Shown here: in pieces, positions 1-10,206 of the stretch
How the letters are laid out: each line of letters starts with the position of its first letter
Numbering within the stretch: position 1 is the first letter of the stretch
DNA from: an uncultured Thermoleophilia bacterium
GTDB taxonomy: Bacteria > Actinomycetota > Thermoleophilia > UBA2241
DNA: 64,000 bases
Reading direction: 5' to 3'
Assembly: GCA_963793605.1 (NCBI GenBank)
Contig: CAWCAH010000003.1
Coordinates: 95,534 to 159,533 of the forward strand
Program-made: the position numbers and the translations under genes
Notes under the pieces: generated by a model
The model's database searches: none
Seen by the model: only the letters and a program-made list of their open reading frames with translations
What the model was told of the DNA's origin: nothing

Positions 1-1951
1 GCGCGACGACCAGGGCGACACCCAGCGGGCGCAGAGCGTCCTCATCGTCGTCGCCCGGCGCAGCGAGCTCGCCCGCCGCCTCCATGCGCAGGATCTCGCG
101 GCCGTAGTACTCGAGAAAGTCGATCGCCTCGCCGACGTCGGCGTCGGCCTCGCGCCAGGTCTTGCCGGCCTCCAGGACCTCGAGGGCGGCGAGCTCGAAG
201 AGCTCAACGCGCATCAGCTCGGCGGCGCGGAAGAGCACGGCGGCGCGCTCGCTGGGGGACGCCGCGCCCCAGGCCGCGAACGCCGCGCGCGCGGCGGCCA
301 CCGCGAGCTCGGCCTCCTCCGGCCCGGCGTAGCAGGCGGTGCCCACCACCTGCGCCGGACGCGCCGGATCCACCGAGCTGATGGAGTCGGCGGTCTCCAC
401 CGCCTGGCCGCCGATCCACAGCGGCCAGTGCTTGCCGAGACCGGCCGCCGCCTCACCCGAGCGCACACGCTCGAGCGCGGCCGCGAAGGCTTCGCGGTTC
501 TCCGGCCGCGCGAAGTCGGCATGCGGCTGGTTGACGAACGGGCCCGGAGAGGCGACATCCGTCGGCGCCGTGCGCGGCAGCCGCTGCGGCGCCGCGTCGA
601 CGTCGGGTGAGGGCCGCGGCGCGCGGATGAGCCGGTCCCTGTCCTCGCCCTCGGCGAACGTCAGCCGCAGGAACGACTCGTTGGCCGTGTTCTCGAGGAG
701 CCGCCGGACGAAGTACGCCATGCCGGGGATCAGCTCGCCGACGGGCGCGTACTCGCGCAGCCGCAGACCCATCTTCCTGATCGCCGCCTTGATCGGCTCG
801 CCCATGCCGTGCAGGAGCTGCAGTTCGTAGGCGTCCTTGGGCAGGCCGAGCGCCTCCGCCGTGGCGATGGCGTTGGCGAGCGAGCGCACGTTGTGGCTGG
901 CGAAGGCCGGGCGGATCTGCCCCGGGTGCTCCAGCATGATGCGCGTGATGCGCTCGTACATCACGTCCGAGTCGGGCTTGTGCGTGAACACCGGCGGCGG
1001 CCAGCCCTCCTGCGCCGCCTGCACGGTCTCGTAGTCCCAGTAGGCGCCCTTGACGAGGCGCACGGTGACCACGCGCTCGCGCTCGCGTGCCCAGTCGATC
1101 AGGCCGCGGATGTCGTCCTCGGCGTCGCGCAGATACGCCTGCACCACCACGCCGGCCTCGTCGTAGCCGGCGAACTCGTCCTCCTCCAGGAGCTCCTTGA
1201 ACACGGCGAAGGTGAGTTCGCGGTAGCGGAACTGCTCGAGGTCCAGATTGACGAAGGCGCCGGTGTCGCGAGCCTTGCGGAACACAGGCCGCAGACGGTC
1301 CTTGACGGCGGCTACCGAGCCGCGGAAGTCGAGCGGGTCGATCTGCGAGTGCAGTGAGGTGATCTTGATGGAGATGTTGACGCGCGGTACCGGACCCCAG
1401 GCGGCGCGGTCGAGGACCGGGTCGGGTGCCCAGCCGGCCGCCTCGCGCCGCAGCCCGTCGAGCAGCTCGAGGTACCGCTGCAGGTAGGCCTCCGCCTCGG
1501 CTTCGCCCACGGAGGCCTCGCCGAGCACGTCCAGCGTGAAGCCAAGCCCGCGCGCGCGCAGCGCCTTGAGCTTGGGCAGAGCCGCCGCCGCGTCGCGGCC
1601 GAAGATGAAGCGGCCGGCGAAGGACAGCATCGCGCGCCGCACCACCTCGGCGGCGAGCGGCGCGGCCAGCCGGCGCCGGGACGCCGCGAGACCGAGCTGC
1701 ATGAGGCGCGGCGTCGTCAGGCCTGGCTGCTCGAAGTACTCGCGCAGGTGGCGGTCGATCTCGCCCGCCGTGCGCAGCGTGGGGAACACGTCGACGAAGC
1801 GGAAGAGCTCGACCTTGAGGCGCTCGTCGGCCATCGCCCAGTCCATGAGCTCGCCCTGCCAGCGCTCGCTCGAGAGGGGCGACGACTTCTGCTCCGCGAT
1901 CAGCGCGAAGAGCTCCCGGGCCTTCGCTTGCACGGCCTGCTCGGTCTCCAT
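1..1951 (-). CDS. putA: Bifunctional proline dehydrogenase / pyrroline-5-carboxylate dehydrogenase (PutA-type), N-terminal ~650 aa; the 3' end lies beyond the window start
   Basis: Absent from the ORF track because it runs off the edge. My minus-strand translation starts at the ATG complementary to 1949-1951, with AGGAGG 8 nt upstream, and reads METEQAVQAKARELF... PRODH motifs present: VRLVKGAYWDYE, ASHNVRS, LQLLHGMGE, YAPVGELIPGMAYFVRRLLENTANESF. These are followed by the start of an aldehyde dehydrogenase domain (WPLWIGG..., VLEAGKTWREADADVGEAIDFLEYY). Confidence 0.85.
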   Translation of the reverse strand, partial: METEQAVQAKARELFALIAEQKSSPLSSERWQGELMDWAMADERLKVELFRFVDVFPTLRTAGEIDRHLREYFEQPGLTTPRLMQLGLAASRRRLAAPLAAEVVRRAMLSFAGRFIFGRDAAAALPKLKALRARGLGFTLDVLGEASVGEAEAEAYLQRYLELLDGLRREAAGWAPDPVLDRAAWGPVPRVNISIKITSLHSQIDPLDFRGSVAAVKDRLRPVFRKARDTGAFVNLDLEQFRYRELTFAVFKELLEEDEFAGYDEAGVVVQAYLRDAEDDIRGLIDWARERERVVTVRLVKGAYWDYETVQAAQEGWPPPVFTHKPDSDVMYERITRIMLEHPGQIRPAFASHNVRSLANAIATAEALGLPKDAYELQLLHGMGEPIKAAIRKMGLRLREYAPVGELIPGMAYFVRRLLENTANESFLRLTFAEGEDRDRLIRAPRPSPDVDAAPQRLPRTAPTDVASPGPFVNQPHADFARPENREAFAAALERVRSGEAAAGLGKHWPLWIGGQAVETADSISSVDPARPAQVVGTACYAGPEEAELAVAAARAAFAAWGAASPSERAAVLFRAAELMRVELFELAALEVLEAGKTWREADADVGEAIDFLEYYGREILRMEAAGELAAPGDDDEDALRPLGVALVVA

Positions 1952-2026
1952 CACGGCTGCCTCCTGAAGGTCATCCGGCGACGCGTCGCCGAGGACCCGG
2001 TCACGACGGCTTCCTTTCCCCAGCCC

Positions 2027-3337
2027 TCACACGGCGCCACACCAGCGCAGCACGGTGAGCGCGATCGCGGCGCTGAAGTCGACGAGCCCGGCGACGGGGA
2101 CGCGCTCATCGACGGCGTGCGCCGTCTCGATGCCGGGCGGGCCGAAGCTGAAGGTCGGCGTGCCGGCGCGCGTGAACGTCGCCGCATCGTGCCAGCTGTC
2201 CAGACCGGCCGGCTTGCCCAGGTGGCCGAGCGCGCCGGCGCAGTCCAGCGCGCACTTCACCAGCGGGTGGTCGGCCGGCATCTCCGCCGGCACCACGTCG
2301 TCCGACCACGTGAACTCGAGCGGGTGCTCGGCGAACCAGGGGTCGTCCGCGACCGCCGCCGTGAGACGCGAGATGATCTCGGCCTCGACGGCCCGGCCCG
2401 AGCCGTCGCCGTCCACGTGTTGCGGCAGGTAGGTGACGTCGGCGGTGACGGCGCAGGAGGCCGGGATGGTGACCATCCAGGTCCCGCCCTTGACGATGGT
2501 CGGGACGATGTCGCCCGGCGCGAGCAGCGGGTGCCGGTGGTCGGGGCGCGCCCTCCACTCCTCCCGAAGCGCGCCCATGCCGTTCAGCACGGCGACCATC
2601 TTCTCGATGGCGTTGACCGCGCCGCCGTCGCGCCAGTCAGGCTGCGGCATCTCTGCGTGGCCGGCGCGGCCGGCGACGGTGATGGTGGGCGTCACCGTGC
2701 CCCGGCAGCTCACCCAGGCGTCGAACGCCGTGGCCTCGGCGGCGATGCCGGCGTCGGCCTTGACGCCGTGCTGTACGCAGCGGTAGCCGCCGGCGCCCGA
2801 CGACTCCTCGTCGGTGTTGGTGCAGAAGACGACGTCGCCGGCCAGGCGGACGCCCTGGCGGTGCAACGCCTCCAGGGCGATCACCAGGCCGGCGATCCCG
2901 CCCTTCATGTCGTTCGAGCCGCGTCCGAACAGGTAGCCGTCACGCTCGGCGAGCACGAACGGGTCGCTCGTCCACTTCTCGCGCGGCTCGACGTCCACGG
3001 CGTCGATGTGGCCGTTGAGCAGGATGCTGCGGCCCCCGCCGGAGCCGCGAAGGACGGCGGCGAGCTGGGGCCGGCCGACGAAGTCCAGGCCGGCCGGCAG
3101 GAACCTGCTGCCCTCGCCGGTCGCCTCCGGCTCCCAGAGGTCGGCCTCCGCGCCCAGCGCCTCGAGGCGCGCGGCGAGCAGGCGCTGCAGCTTCTCCTCG
3201 TCGCGCGCGGGGTCGCCGGGGAGTCGCGCCGTGGTGTCGCAGGCGACGAGCTCGGCCGTGAGGCCCACGAGATCGTCCTTCGCGTCGCGCACGGACTGGA
3301 CGATGCGCTCCTCGAGCGCGGACTGCAGTTGCACCAC
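2027..3337 (-). CDS. M20 family metallopeptidase (ArgE/DapE/ACY1-like deacylase)
   Basis: 436-aa track ORF. Motifs LLNGHIDAVD, GRGSNDMKGG and TNTDEESSGAGG are typical of M20 enzymes. TGA stop. Confidence 0.85.
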   Translation of the reverse strand: MVQLQSALEERIVQSVRDAKDDLVGLTAELVACDTTARLPGDPARDEEKLQRLLAARLEALGAEADLWEPEATGEGSRFLPAGLDFVGRPQLAAVLRGSGGGRSILLNGHIDAVDVEPREKWTSDPFVLAERDGYLFGRGSNDMKGGIAGLVIALEALHRQGVRLAGDVVFCTNTDEESSGAGGYRCVQHGVKADAGIAAEATAFDAWVSCRGTVTPTITVAGRAGHAEMPQPDWRDGGAVNAIEKMVAVLNGMGALREEWRARPDHRHPLLAPGDIVPTIVKGGTWMVTIPASCAVTADVTYLPQHVDGDGSGRAVEAEIISRLTAAVADDPWFAEHPLEFTWSDDVVPAEMPADHPLVKCALDCAGALGHLGKPAGLDSWHDAATFTRAGTPTFSFGPPGIETAHAVDERVPVAGLVDFSAAIALTVLRWCGAV

Positions 3338-3472
3338 CGGCCTCCTTCGTTGACGGTCTGCCGCGGCGCCGAGGTATACGATGACGGCGCCGGAGCGACG
3401 CCGCGATTCTACGCCGTCACCGTGGCCGCACGGCCACCCGCGTCACGGCGCCGCAAACGATCAGGAGGGGGC

Positions 3473-3871
3473 ATGGGCGACCTGAGCGACAGCAAGATCC
3501 GCGTGATCAAGGCCGACGAGATGATCTGGGAAGAGGCGATGACCAACCCGGAGGAGACCGACCCTCCCGGCCAGGAGTGCAACGCCGCCGTCTCGGTGGA
3601 CGACAGGTTCAGCTTCGGGCTCTGGAGGCGCGACGTGCAGCGGCGCCACTTCGAGCGGCCGTACCACGAGATCGCGTTCATCGTGGAGGGCGAGGTCGAA
3701 GTCACCGACGATGACGGCGACGTGCACGTGGCGGGTCCGGGGGACATCCTCATCACCCCCAAGGGCAGCAAGGGCTACTGGAAGAACCTCTCGCCGGTCA
3801 AGAAGGTGTGGGGCATCTACGAGGAGCCCGGCTCGGGCCTCAACGCGTACATCGGCCCCGGGGGGTTCTGA
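3473..3871 (+). CDS. Cupin domain protein (DUF861/EutQ-like)
   Basis: Corresponds to the last 132 aa of track ORF 1748..3871. ATG 3473 is preceded by AGGAGGGGG. The cupin barrel signature is HEIAFIVEGEVEVTDDDGDVHVAGPGDILITPKGSKGYW. Confidence 0.7.
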   Translation: MGDLSDSKIRVIKADEMIWEEAMTNPEETDPPGQECNAAVSVDDRFSFGLWRRDVQRRHFERPYHEIAFIVEGEVEVTDDDGDVHVAGPGDILITPKGSKGYWKNLSPVKKVWGIYEEPGSGLNAYIGPGGF

Positions 3872-3910
3872 ACCGGGGCGGCTGCGCGCAGCGTCCGTTA
3901 GCGCCCCCGA

Positions 3911-5477
3911 TCAGCGGACGGTGACGACGAAGCGGTCGAGACCGCGGCCGCCGTCGCCGTCCGTCACGCACAGCGTGACGGTGCAGCGGCGGCCGCGCGG
4001 CCCCGCGAAGCGGTGGGACAGCCGGAAGGTCTTGTCGGCGCGGAGCCGCAGCGCCCGCCGCGCCGTCCCGTCGCCGTAGCTCACCCAGCCCTTCCACACG
4101 TCGGCGCCGGGGTCGCGGAACGAGCAGGTCCGCGAGAACCTCGTTCCCGCGCGGACGCGGGCGTCCGCGCCGCCGGCGATCCTGGGCGCCACGTTGCGCA
4201 CGGTCACCCTGACACCGGCGGACGCAGCCCTGGCGACCTCGTTGGTCACCGTGACCCGCACGTCGCGCCGCCCGTCGTCGGGCCACGTGTGAGACAGCGC
4301 GAAGGCCCCGCTCTCACCCTCGCCGCCACCGGTCAGAGCCACCGGCTCGTCCCCTCCCTCTGCGTCGTAGTCCACGGTCGCCGTCCAGCTCGCGCCGGAG
4401 CCGTCGAAGAAGCTGCCGGAGCGCGTCCACGCCACTCCCTCACGAGCCGACGCCGTCGCCGGCAGGCTCACGTAGAACGCGCCGGGCAGCAAGGCGCGAG
4501 AGTCGACGACCTCGAAGTCGCCGCCGGTCACTCCCTCGAGCGAGTGCAGCGCCTCATCGTCCCAGCGCGCGTCCGGCGCGCCGCTCACGTACCAGTCGGC
4601 GCCGTTGTCGGCGACCATCATCCCGTACTTCTTGAGCCCCCGGAGGATGGTCTGCACCACCGGCGGGTACCCGCCGACGCCGAAGTCGGCGCGCAGCCGC
4701 ACGCGCAGCCCCATCGGCGGCAGATCGGCGTCGGTGGCGTCGCTCGCGAAGTGCGTGGCCGGATAGACGCAGGCGCGCTGCGACTCCCGAGACGGTGAAG
4801 CGCAGCGCGTGATCGAGCACACCCTCGCCCACGATCTCGTCGTACCGTGCGAGTCCCGGCAGGATCGGCAGACCGGCGGCGTCGGCCGACGTCCAACCGT
4901 CCGGCCGCAGTGCATTGGACGTGAGGTCGAACACGGCTCCCGAGTGCGCGTTCCAGGAGCCGTCCGCCTGCTTGTAGGCGTGGTAGAGCTCGTACAGGAC
5001 CCTGTTGTCCGCGTCGAGCACCAGCACGTGGCGATCGCCGTCCTCGTAGGACCCGCCGACGCCCTCCACCGGCGCGTCAGGCGGAACCGGGTAGGGCCCG
5101 GGGTCGCTCTCACCCCCGTAGGCGGTGAAGTGGATGGGGACCTTGGGCTGCGTGCCGGGGACCACCACGTACGGGATGCCGATACGCGCCCCCTCCCAGA
5201 CGGTCCCGAAGTCGGGGTGCAGCCCGGTCTCGGGGCTCATGTGGGCGATGTAGTCGGCGGAGTGCGGATCGAGGGGCAGGGCGTCGACCGGCGTGTTCCA
5301 GGGATTGTCCGCCGGGAGCAGCAGGAACGGGATGGCGGCGCCGTCGCCGTAGCTCGCCGCCCGCGCCGGCGCCGCTCCGGCCAGGAGCAGGACGGCCGCC
5401 GCGAGCACGCAGGCGAGCGCGGCGGCCCGCACCGCATACGGGAGGCCGCGCGGTGGCTGTCGGCGGACGGACTCCAT
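3911..5477 (-). CDS. Secreted protein of unknown function with a C-terminal PKD/Ig-like domain; reading frame broken once near 4788
   Basis: Track ORFs 4554..5645 and 3911..5113 overlap in different frames but carry one continuous protein. It has a signal peptide (MESVRRQPPRGLPYAVRAAALACVLAAAVLLLAGAAPARA). The conserved core reads ...DHALRFTVS, then in the other frame RESQRACVYPATHFASD...GMMVADNGADWYVSGAPD. A PKD-like tail follows. Confidence 0.6.
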
Positions 5478-5782
5478 GACGACAGTATCGGCGGAGGGCC
5501 GGGCCGGGTGAGCGACAGGCGTCGCCCGGCCCGGCCACGCCGCCGCTCCCCTTCCACCCGCCCGGCCCCGCCTGACCGGCTCGCCGCCCTTCGTCTCCCC
5601 GTCAGCGCTGTCGTCATCCTTGCGGAGAGGTATGCCTGCGAGCACGCTGTCTGTGTGGTCGCGCCGGGTGGGCGGAGTGTGGTCGCGATACCCCGCGGCA
5701 TCGAGCGATCAGGCTTCCGGCACGCCCCTCGGTCGCGCCGGAGGCGACTTGCGGTCACATCTCCCCAGAAAGTGAGGTCGCA

Positions 5783-6058
5783 ATGACGAGCATAGGTGTG
5801 CGGGACCTGAAGGCCCATCTGAGCGAGTACCTCCAGGCCGCGAGCCGAGGTGAGACGGTGGTGGTCACCAGGCACGGCGTCGACTTCGTGGTCATCCGAG
5901 CCGCGAACGGCGAGAACGAGGGCCTGCGCGCGCTGCTGGAGAGCCCCAGGGTCAAGTGGTCGGGACGGCGCCCGCCCGTCCCTACGGAGCCCTGGGTGAC
6001 GAAGAGGGGCCGCGCCCTGTCGAGCTCGCTGTCGCGGCTCGGTGAACGACAGCCGTGA
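5783..6058 (+). CDS. Phd/YefM-type antitoxin
   Basis: 91-aa ORF. The N-terminus MTSIGVRDLKAHLSEYLQAASRGETVVVTRHG is typical of Phd/YefM antitoxins. Its stop overlaps the next gene's start (GTGA). Confidence 0.75.
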   Translation: MTSIGVRDLKAHLSEYLQAASRGETVVVTRHGVDFVVIRAANGENEGLRALLESPRVKWSGRRPPVPTEPWVTKRGRALSSSLSRLGERQP

Positions 6059-6483
6059 TCCTCTACCTCGACGCCTCCAGCCTGCTCAAGCGGTACATCC
6101 GGGAAGAGGCATCGCGCGACGTTGACGACTGGATGGCTTGCGCCGACGCCGTTGCCACGGCGAGCGTGACGCTCCCCGAGTCCGCCGCCGTGCTCTCGCG
6201 TCTCCCACCGTGGGGAGGGTTGTCGCAGAGCGACCGTCGGTCTGCCCTGGAGGCCATCGAGCGGGACTGGCTCGACTACGCCGTGGTCGAGCCGGATGAG
6301 CGCGTCGCCACCCACCTGGGATGGCGGCTTCGCCTGCGCACCTGCGCCGCACTGCAACTCGCGGCTGCCCTCACGGTCGCCGGGCTCGCCGCCTCCGAGC
6401 CGCTGGTCTTCTCGTCGTTCGACCGTGATCTGAACAGTGCGGCGCGGGCGGAGGGCCTCAGCGTGATCGAGCCGGTGGCGTGA
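6055..6483 (+). CDS. vapC: PIN-domain ribonuclease toxin (VapC-like)
   Basis: 142 aa. The N-terminal ILYLDASSLLKRY carries the PIN acidic residue. GTG start overlaps the antitoxin stop by 4 nt. Confidence 0.7.
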   Translation: MILYLDASSLLKRYIREEASRDVDDWMACADAVATASVTLPESAAVLSRLPPWGGLSQSDRRSALEAIERDWLDYAVVEPDERVATHLGWRLRLRTCAALQLAAALTVAGLAASEPLVFSSFDRDLNSAARAEGLSVIEPVA

Positions 6484-6620
6484 GGAATGGAGCGGGCTGG
6501 GCGGGTGACGGGCTGGGCGAGCGGCGGCGCAGCCGGATGGGGCGGGAGGGCGCGGCGGCGCGGGCGGCGCGGCCCCGGCAACTCGCCCGTCGCGGCCACG
6601 GCCCGGGTAGTATCCGAGGC

Positions 6621-7898
6621 ATGGCCGCCGAGTACACCTCACCGCCGCCCCAGACCGGTCCAACGCTCCGGCACCCGTTCCGCTGGCTGAGCAGTCTGCG
6701 CACGCTGGACCCCGACGTGCGGAGGCTCGGCCTCGTCAGCATGCTCACCGACCTGAGCTCCGAGATCGCCTACCCCCTCTTCCCGCTCTTCGTGACCACC
6801 GTGCTCGGAGCTCCGGTCGCGCTGCTCGGGCTCATCGAAGGTATCGCGGAGGCGACGGCCAGCATCACCAAGTACCCCTTCGGCCAGGCCACGGACGCCA
6901 CCGGCCGCCGCAAGCCCTTCGTGCTCGGCGGCTACTCCCTCGGAGCCGTCAGCAAGCTGATCATCGCCGTCGCGCCGGGCTGGGGCACGGCGCTCGCGGG
7001 GCGGTTCACCGACCGGCTGGGCAAGGGCATGCGCACGGCGCCGCGCGACGACCTCATCGCGGCGACGACACGCCCCGGTCAGCAGGGACTGGCGTTCGGC
7101 TTGCACCGCGCCATGGACACGCTGGGCGCGGTGCTCGGTCCGCTCGTCGCGCTCGCGCTGGTGCAGGCCGACGTCCCGCTGCGCTGGATCTTCGCCATCG
7201 CCGTGATCCCCGGGCTGCTGAGCGTTGTCGCCATCGTCTTCCTGGTGAGAGAGCACCGCGAGCCGCCCCGCGCCGGCGCCTTCAAGCTCTCGCTGCCCGC
7301 CTCGCCGGCGTTCCGCTGGCTGCTCGCCGGTTCGCTCGTGTTCGCGGTAGGCAACTCGAGCGACGCGTTCATCCTGCTCAAGGCGCAGGACGCGGGCATG
7401 GGCACGGCGGCGGTCATCCTCCTGTACGTGCTCTACAACGTCGTCTACGCCGCCGGCTCCCTGCCGCTTGGAGGGCTGAGTGACCGCGTGGGGCAGTACC
7501 CGCTGGTGATCGGCGGCTACGTGGTGTTCGCGGCGGTGTACGCAGGCTTCGCCGCCGCCGGCTCCGGCTTGGCGCTCGCGGTGCTCTTCGCGGCCTACGG
7601 CCTCTACATCGCCGCGACCGAGGGCACCAGCAAGGCTCTCATCGGGCGTGCGATCCCCACGGGCGAGCGCGCCTCCGCCCTCGGCCTCTACTACACGGCC
7701 ACCGGCCTGGCGACCTTCGCCGCAAGCACCTTCGGCGGCCTCCTCTGGAGCGCGTACGGCGCCTGGGCGACGTTCGTCTTCGGCGCCGCAGCCGCTCTCG
7801 TGGCCGCCGCCCTGATGCTGGCAGGCAGGGGCCGCGTCCGCAGGGCGCTCGCGGCCCACGCATCCGCAGGCGCGGATCCGGCCGCCACCGGCGCCTGA
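6621..7898 (+). CDS. MFS transporter
   Basis: Internal ATG of track ORF 6480..7898. About 12 hydrophobic helices. The loop motif GRFTDRLGKGMRTAPRDD matches the MFS signature. Confidence 0.8.
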   Translation: MAAEYTSPPPQTGPTLRHPFRWLSSLRTLDPDVRRLGLVSMLTDLSSEIAYPLFPLFVTTVLGAPVALLGLIEGIAEATASITKYPFGQATDATGRRKPFVLGGYSLGAVSKLIIAVAPGWGTALAGRFTDRLGKGMRTAPRDDLIAATTRPGQQGLAFGLHRAMDTLGAVLGPLVALALVQADVPLRWIFAIAVIPGLLSVVAIVFLVREHREPPRAGAFKLSLPASPAFRWLLAGSLVFAVGNSSDAFILLKAQDAGMGTAAVILLYVLYNVVYAAGSLPLGGLSDRVGQYPLVIGGYVVFAAVYAGFAAAGSGLALAVLFAAYGLYIAATEGTSKALIGRAIPTGERASALGLYYTATGLATFAASTFGGLLWSAYGAWATFVFGAAAALVAAALMLAGRGRVRRALAAHASAGADPAATGA

Positions 7899-7990
7899 TC
7901 CACGCGGCCGACGGCAAGACCCCTGTCCGGCAGACCGCCGACCCGGTACCATGCCCGTTGACGATCAGGCCGACCATCCCGGAGGGGGGC

Positions 7991-9454
7991 ATGGCGCAGA
8001 CGTGCGCGGCCTGCGGGCGCGCCAACGACGAGGACGCGAGCTTCTGCCAGCGATGTGGCGCGCAGCTGGCCGCTCCGGTGACGCCGCCCGCTCCCATGAC
8101 GCCGCCTCCGGTGACGCCGGCCTCAGCGCCGCCCGCGCCCCAGCCAGGGCCGCCGCCCGGAGCCCCGCCCGGACCTCCTCCCGGCTCGCCGCCCACGGCC
8201 GCGGGCGGGCCGCCGCGCGAAGGCAAGCCTGCACCGCGCTGGCTGGTCGCGATCGTCGCCGTCGCGGTGCTCGCTCTCGTCGCAGTGATGGCGTTCGCCT
8301 TCTTCCCGCGCGGCGATGGCGACGGCGACGAGCCCCCCAGGCCGACGACGGGCGCGACCGTGGCGGCTTCGCCGTCGCCGGCGCTCGACCAGTACCTCGC
8401 CGGCGCCACCGGCCCCAAGGCCGACCGGCTGGCCGCCATCATGAGCGACGGCGCCGTCAAGCCCATCACCCGGTTCAGCGGGCAGCAGATCTGGCAGATC
8501 GCGTACTCGCCGGACGGCACGTGGCTGGCCTGCGTCGCCGGCACCTGGCGGCGCAGCGAGCTGTGGCTCTTCGACGCAGCCACCGGCGACGCGCGGCAGG
8601 CGACGGCGAACACGCCCAACATCGTCGCCGTCGACAGCATCGCCTGGCTCTCGTCACGCGACCTGCTCATGGCCGGCTACACGGAGACGCCCAAGGCCAC
8701 CGGCCAGAACGCCGACTTCCTCGTCTACGACACCGTCTCCGGGGAGTTCACGCCGCTCACCGGCAACGGCGGCGTCGCGCTCCGCGGAGTCTCCGTGAGC
8801 GCCTCGCGAGAGGGCGCCGAGGTCGCGTTCGTCACCTACACCGACCACAAGACCAACAGCTACGGCATGGCCACCGCGATCGAGCGGCTCCAGGTGCTCG
8901 ACAGGGCGTCCGGCCAGGTCGCCGAGCTCGGCCGCAACAGGGCCGACTTCGAGGTCAACGCGCGCGCGTTCGACGAGCCGCTCATCTCCCCGGAGGGGCA
9001 GGCGATCATCTACCGCCGCGCGGGCAGCGACGTCGGCACAAGCTACACGGTGGTCGGCGTCGACGGCACCGTCCTCATGCCGGAGAAGGAGACGACCATG
9101 CCGGCCGGCTACGCGTGGGACCCCGGCGGCACCAAGGTCGTGTTCACGGGCCAGCCCATCACCTCCGCGAGCGGAGACATGCCGGTCACGTTCTGGGAGT
9201 TCGACACCGAGGCGGGCGGAGCGCCGCGAGTGCTCGTGAAGTACGAGGACGCCGCCGTACAGGACCTCTCGTGGTCGCCCGACGGCTCGACGATCGCGTG
9301 GGCGGAGTACGACCGCAAGCTGGAGTGGCGTACGGGGATCGTCTACCTCATGCCGGCGAGCGGCGGCGACTCGACGCTGCTGGTCAAGCAGGCGCTCTCG
9401 CCGGTGTGGGCGCCCGGGGAGGCAGCGCCGCTGCAGACCTCGCCGAGTCCGTAG
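7991..9454 (+). CDS. Zinc-ribbon / proline-rich linker / single-TM / TolB-like beta-propeller protein
   Basis: ATG 7991 follows GGAGGGGGG. Domain order: CAACGRANDEDASFCQRCG zinc ribbon, PPAP-rich linker, TM helix WLVAIVAVAVLALVAVMAFAFF, then repeated YSPDG/WSPDG PD40-like motifs. TAG stop. Confidence 0.7.
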   Translation: MAQTCAACGRANDEDASFCQRCGAQLAAPVTPPAPMTPPPVTPASAPPAPQPGPPPGAPPGPPPGSPPTAAGGPPREGKPAPRWLVAIVAVAVLALVAVMAFAFFPRGDGDGDEPPRPTTGATVAASPSPALDQYLAGATGPKADRLAAIMSDGAVKPITRFSGQQIWQIAYSPDGTWLACVAGTWRRSELWLFDAATGDARQATANTPNIVAVDSIAWLSSRDLLMAGYTETPKATGQNADFLVYDTVSGEFTPLTGNGGVALRGVSVSASREGAEVAFVTYTDHKTNSYGMATAIERLQVLDRASGQVAELGRNRADFEVNARAFDEPLISPEGQAIIYRRAGSDVGTSYTVVGVDGTVLMPEKETTMPAGYAWDPGGTKVVFTGQPITSASGDMPVTFWEFDTEAGGAPRVLVKYEDAAVQDLSWSPDGSTIAWAEYDRKLEWRTGIVYLMPASGGDSTLLVKQALSPVWAPGEAAPLQTSPSP

Positions 9455-9515
9455 ACACAGCCGCGACCATTCCTTGTGCCGCGACACACAACAGGCTGTC
9501 CGTTTCGGCCTGATA

Positions 9516-9531
9516 CAAGTAGTACAACTTG
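9516..9531. promoter_or_regulatory. Imperfect 16-bp palindrome CAAGTAGTACAACTTG in an AT-rich patch upstream of hdrC
   Basis: Seen directly. Arms CAAGT/ACTTG surround a GTAC core, about 130 nt upstream of hdrC, in the lowest-GC patch of this spacer. Confidence 0.3.
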
Positions 9532-9663
9532 CCGCCGCGTCGAGTTGCCGCCCCCCGGGCGGCCCCCTACACTGAAGCTCGGGTCACTGTAGCCCCAAGA
9601 AGGCTGAAGGCAACTGGCGGAAAGGCGCACCCCTCCCGCCCGGTACGAAGGACACCCGCGCCT

Positions 9664-10206
9664 ATGACCACCACCACCACACGCACCCTGGCGGCCGAGA
9701 TCGAAGCGGCCACCGGGGTCAATCCCGCCACGTGTTACCAGTGTGGCAAGTGCTCGGCCGGATGCCCCATGGCCTCCGAGTCCGACCTGCGCCCCCACCA
9801 GGTGATGCGCAACGTGATGTACTCCTCGCGCGCCAAGACGCTGCGGGACGAGTCCATCTGGCTGTGCCTCACCTGCGAGACGTGCACCGCCCGCTGCCCC
9901 AACGCCTGCGATCCCGCACGCGTCATCGACGCCGTCCGCGAGATCGCCAACAACGAGGGCGTGGCCGTCAAGCCGCGCGCCATCGACGCCTTCCACAAGA
10001 CGTTCCTCGAGCAGGTGCGCGCCAACGGGCGCCTGTACGAGATGGGCCTGGTCATGGGCTTCAAGCTCCGCAGCCGCGCCTTCATGAGCGACGTCGAGAA
10101 CGCGCCCGGCATGTTGTCGCGCGGCAAGCTGGCGCTGCTGCCCCACCGCATCCAGGGCGTCGACGAGGTCAAGCGCATCTTCGACAAGTGCGGGGTGACG
10201 CCATGA
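9664..10206 (+). CDS. hdrC: Heterodisulfide reductase subunit C
   Basis: Two CxxCxxCxxxCP motifs (CYQCGKCSAGCP, CLTCETCTARCP). Position directly upstream of hdrB/hdrA. Confidence 0.85.
   Translation: MTTTTTRTLAAEIEAATGVNPATCYQCGKCSAGCPMASESDLRPHQVMRNVMYSSRAKTLRDESIWLCLTCETCTARCPNACDPARVIDAVREIANNEGVAVKPRAIDAFHKTFLEQVRANGRLYEMGLVMGFKLRSRAFMSDVENAPGMLSRGKLALLPHRIQGVDEVKRIFDKCGVTP

Noticed and set aside
1748-3472. First 575 aa of track ORF 1748..3871, and the chimeric ORF 15022..16815
   Set aside because: Only the C-terminal cupin part (3473..3871) and the flxA-like part of these ORFs correspond to real genes. The remainder is antisense or out of frame to the M20 peptidase, putA and the flxB-like gene.
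5497-5536. GC hairpin GGCCGGGCCGGG-(16 nt)-CCCGGCCCGGCC upstream of the secreted-protein gene, considered as a member of a dispersed REP-like family with the hairpins at 16768, 25268, 25340, 27519 and 41884
   Set aside because: The arms of these hairpins are all GC-rich but not alignable to one another. They are most simply independent terminator or leader structures.
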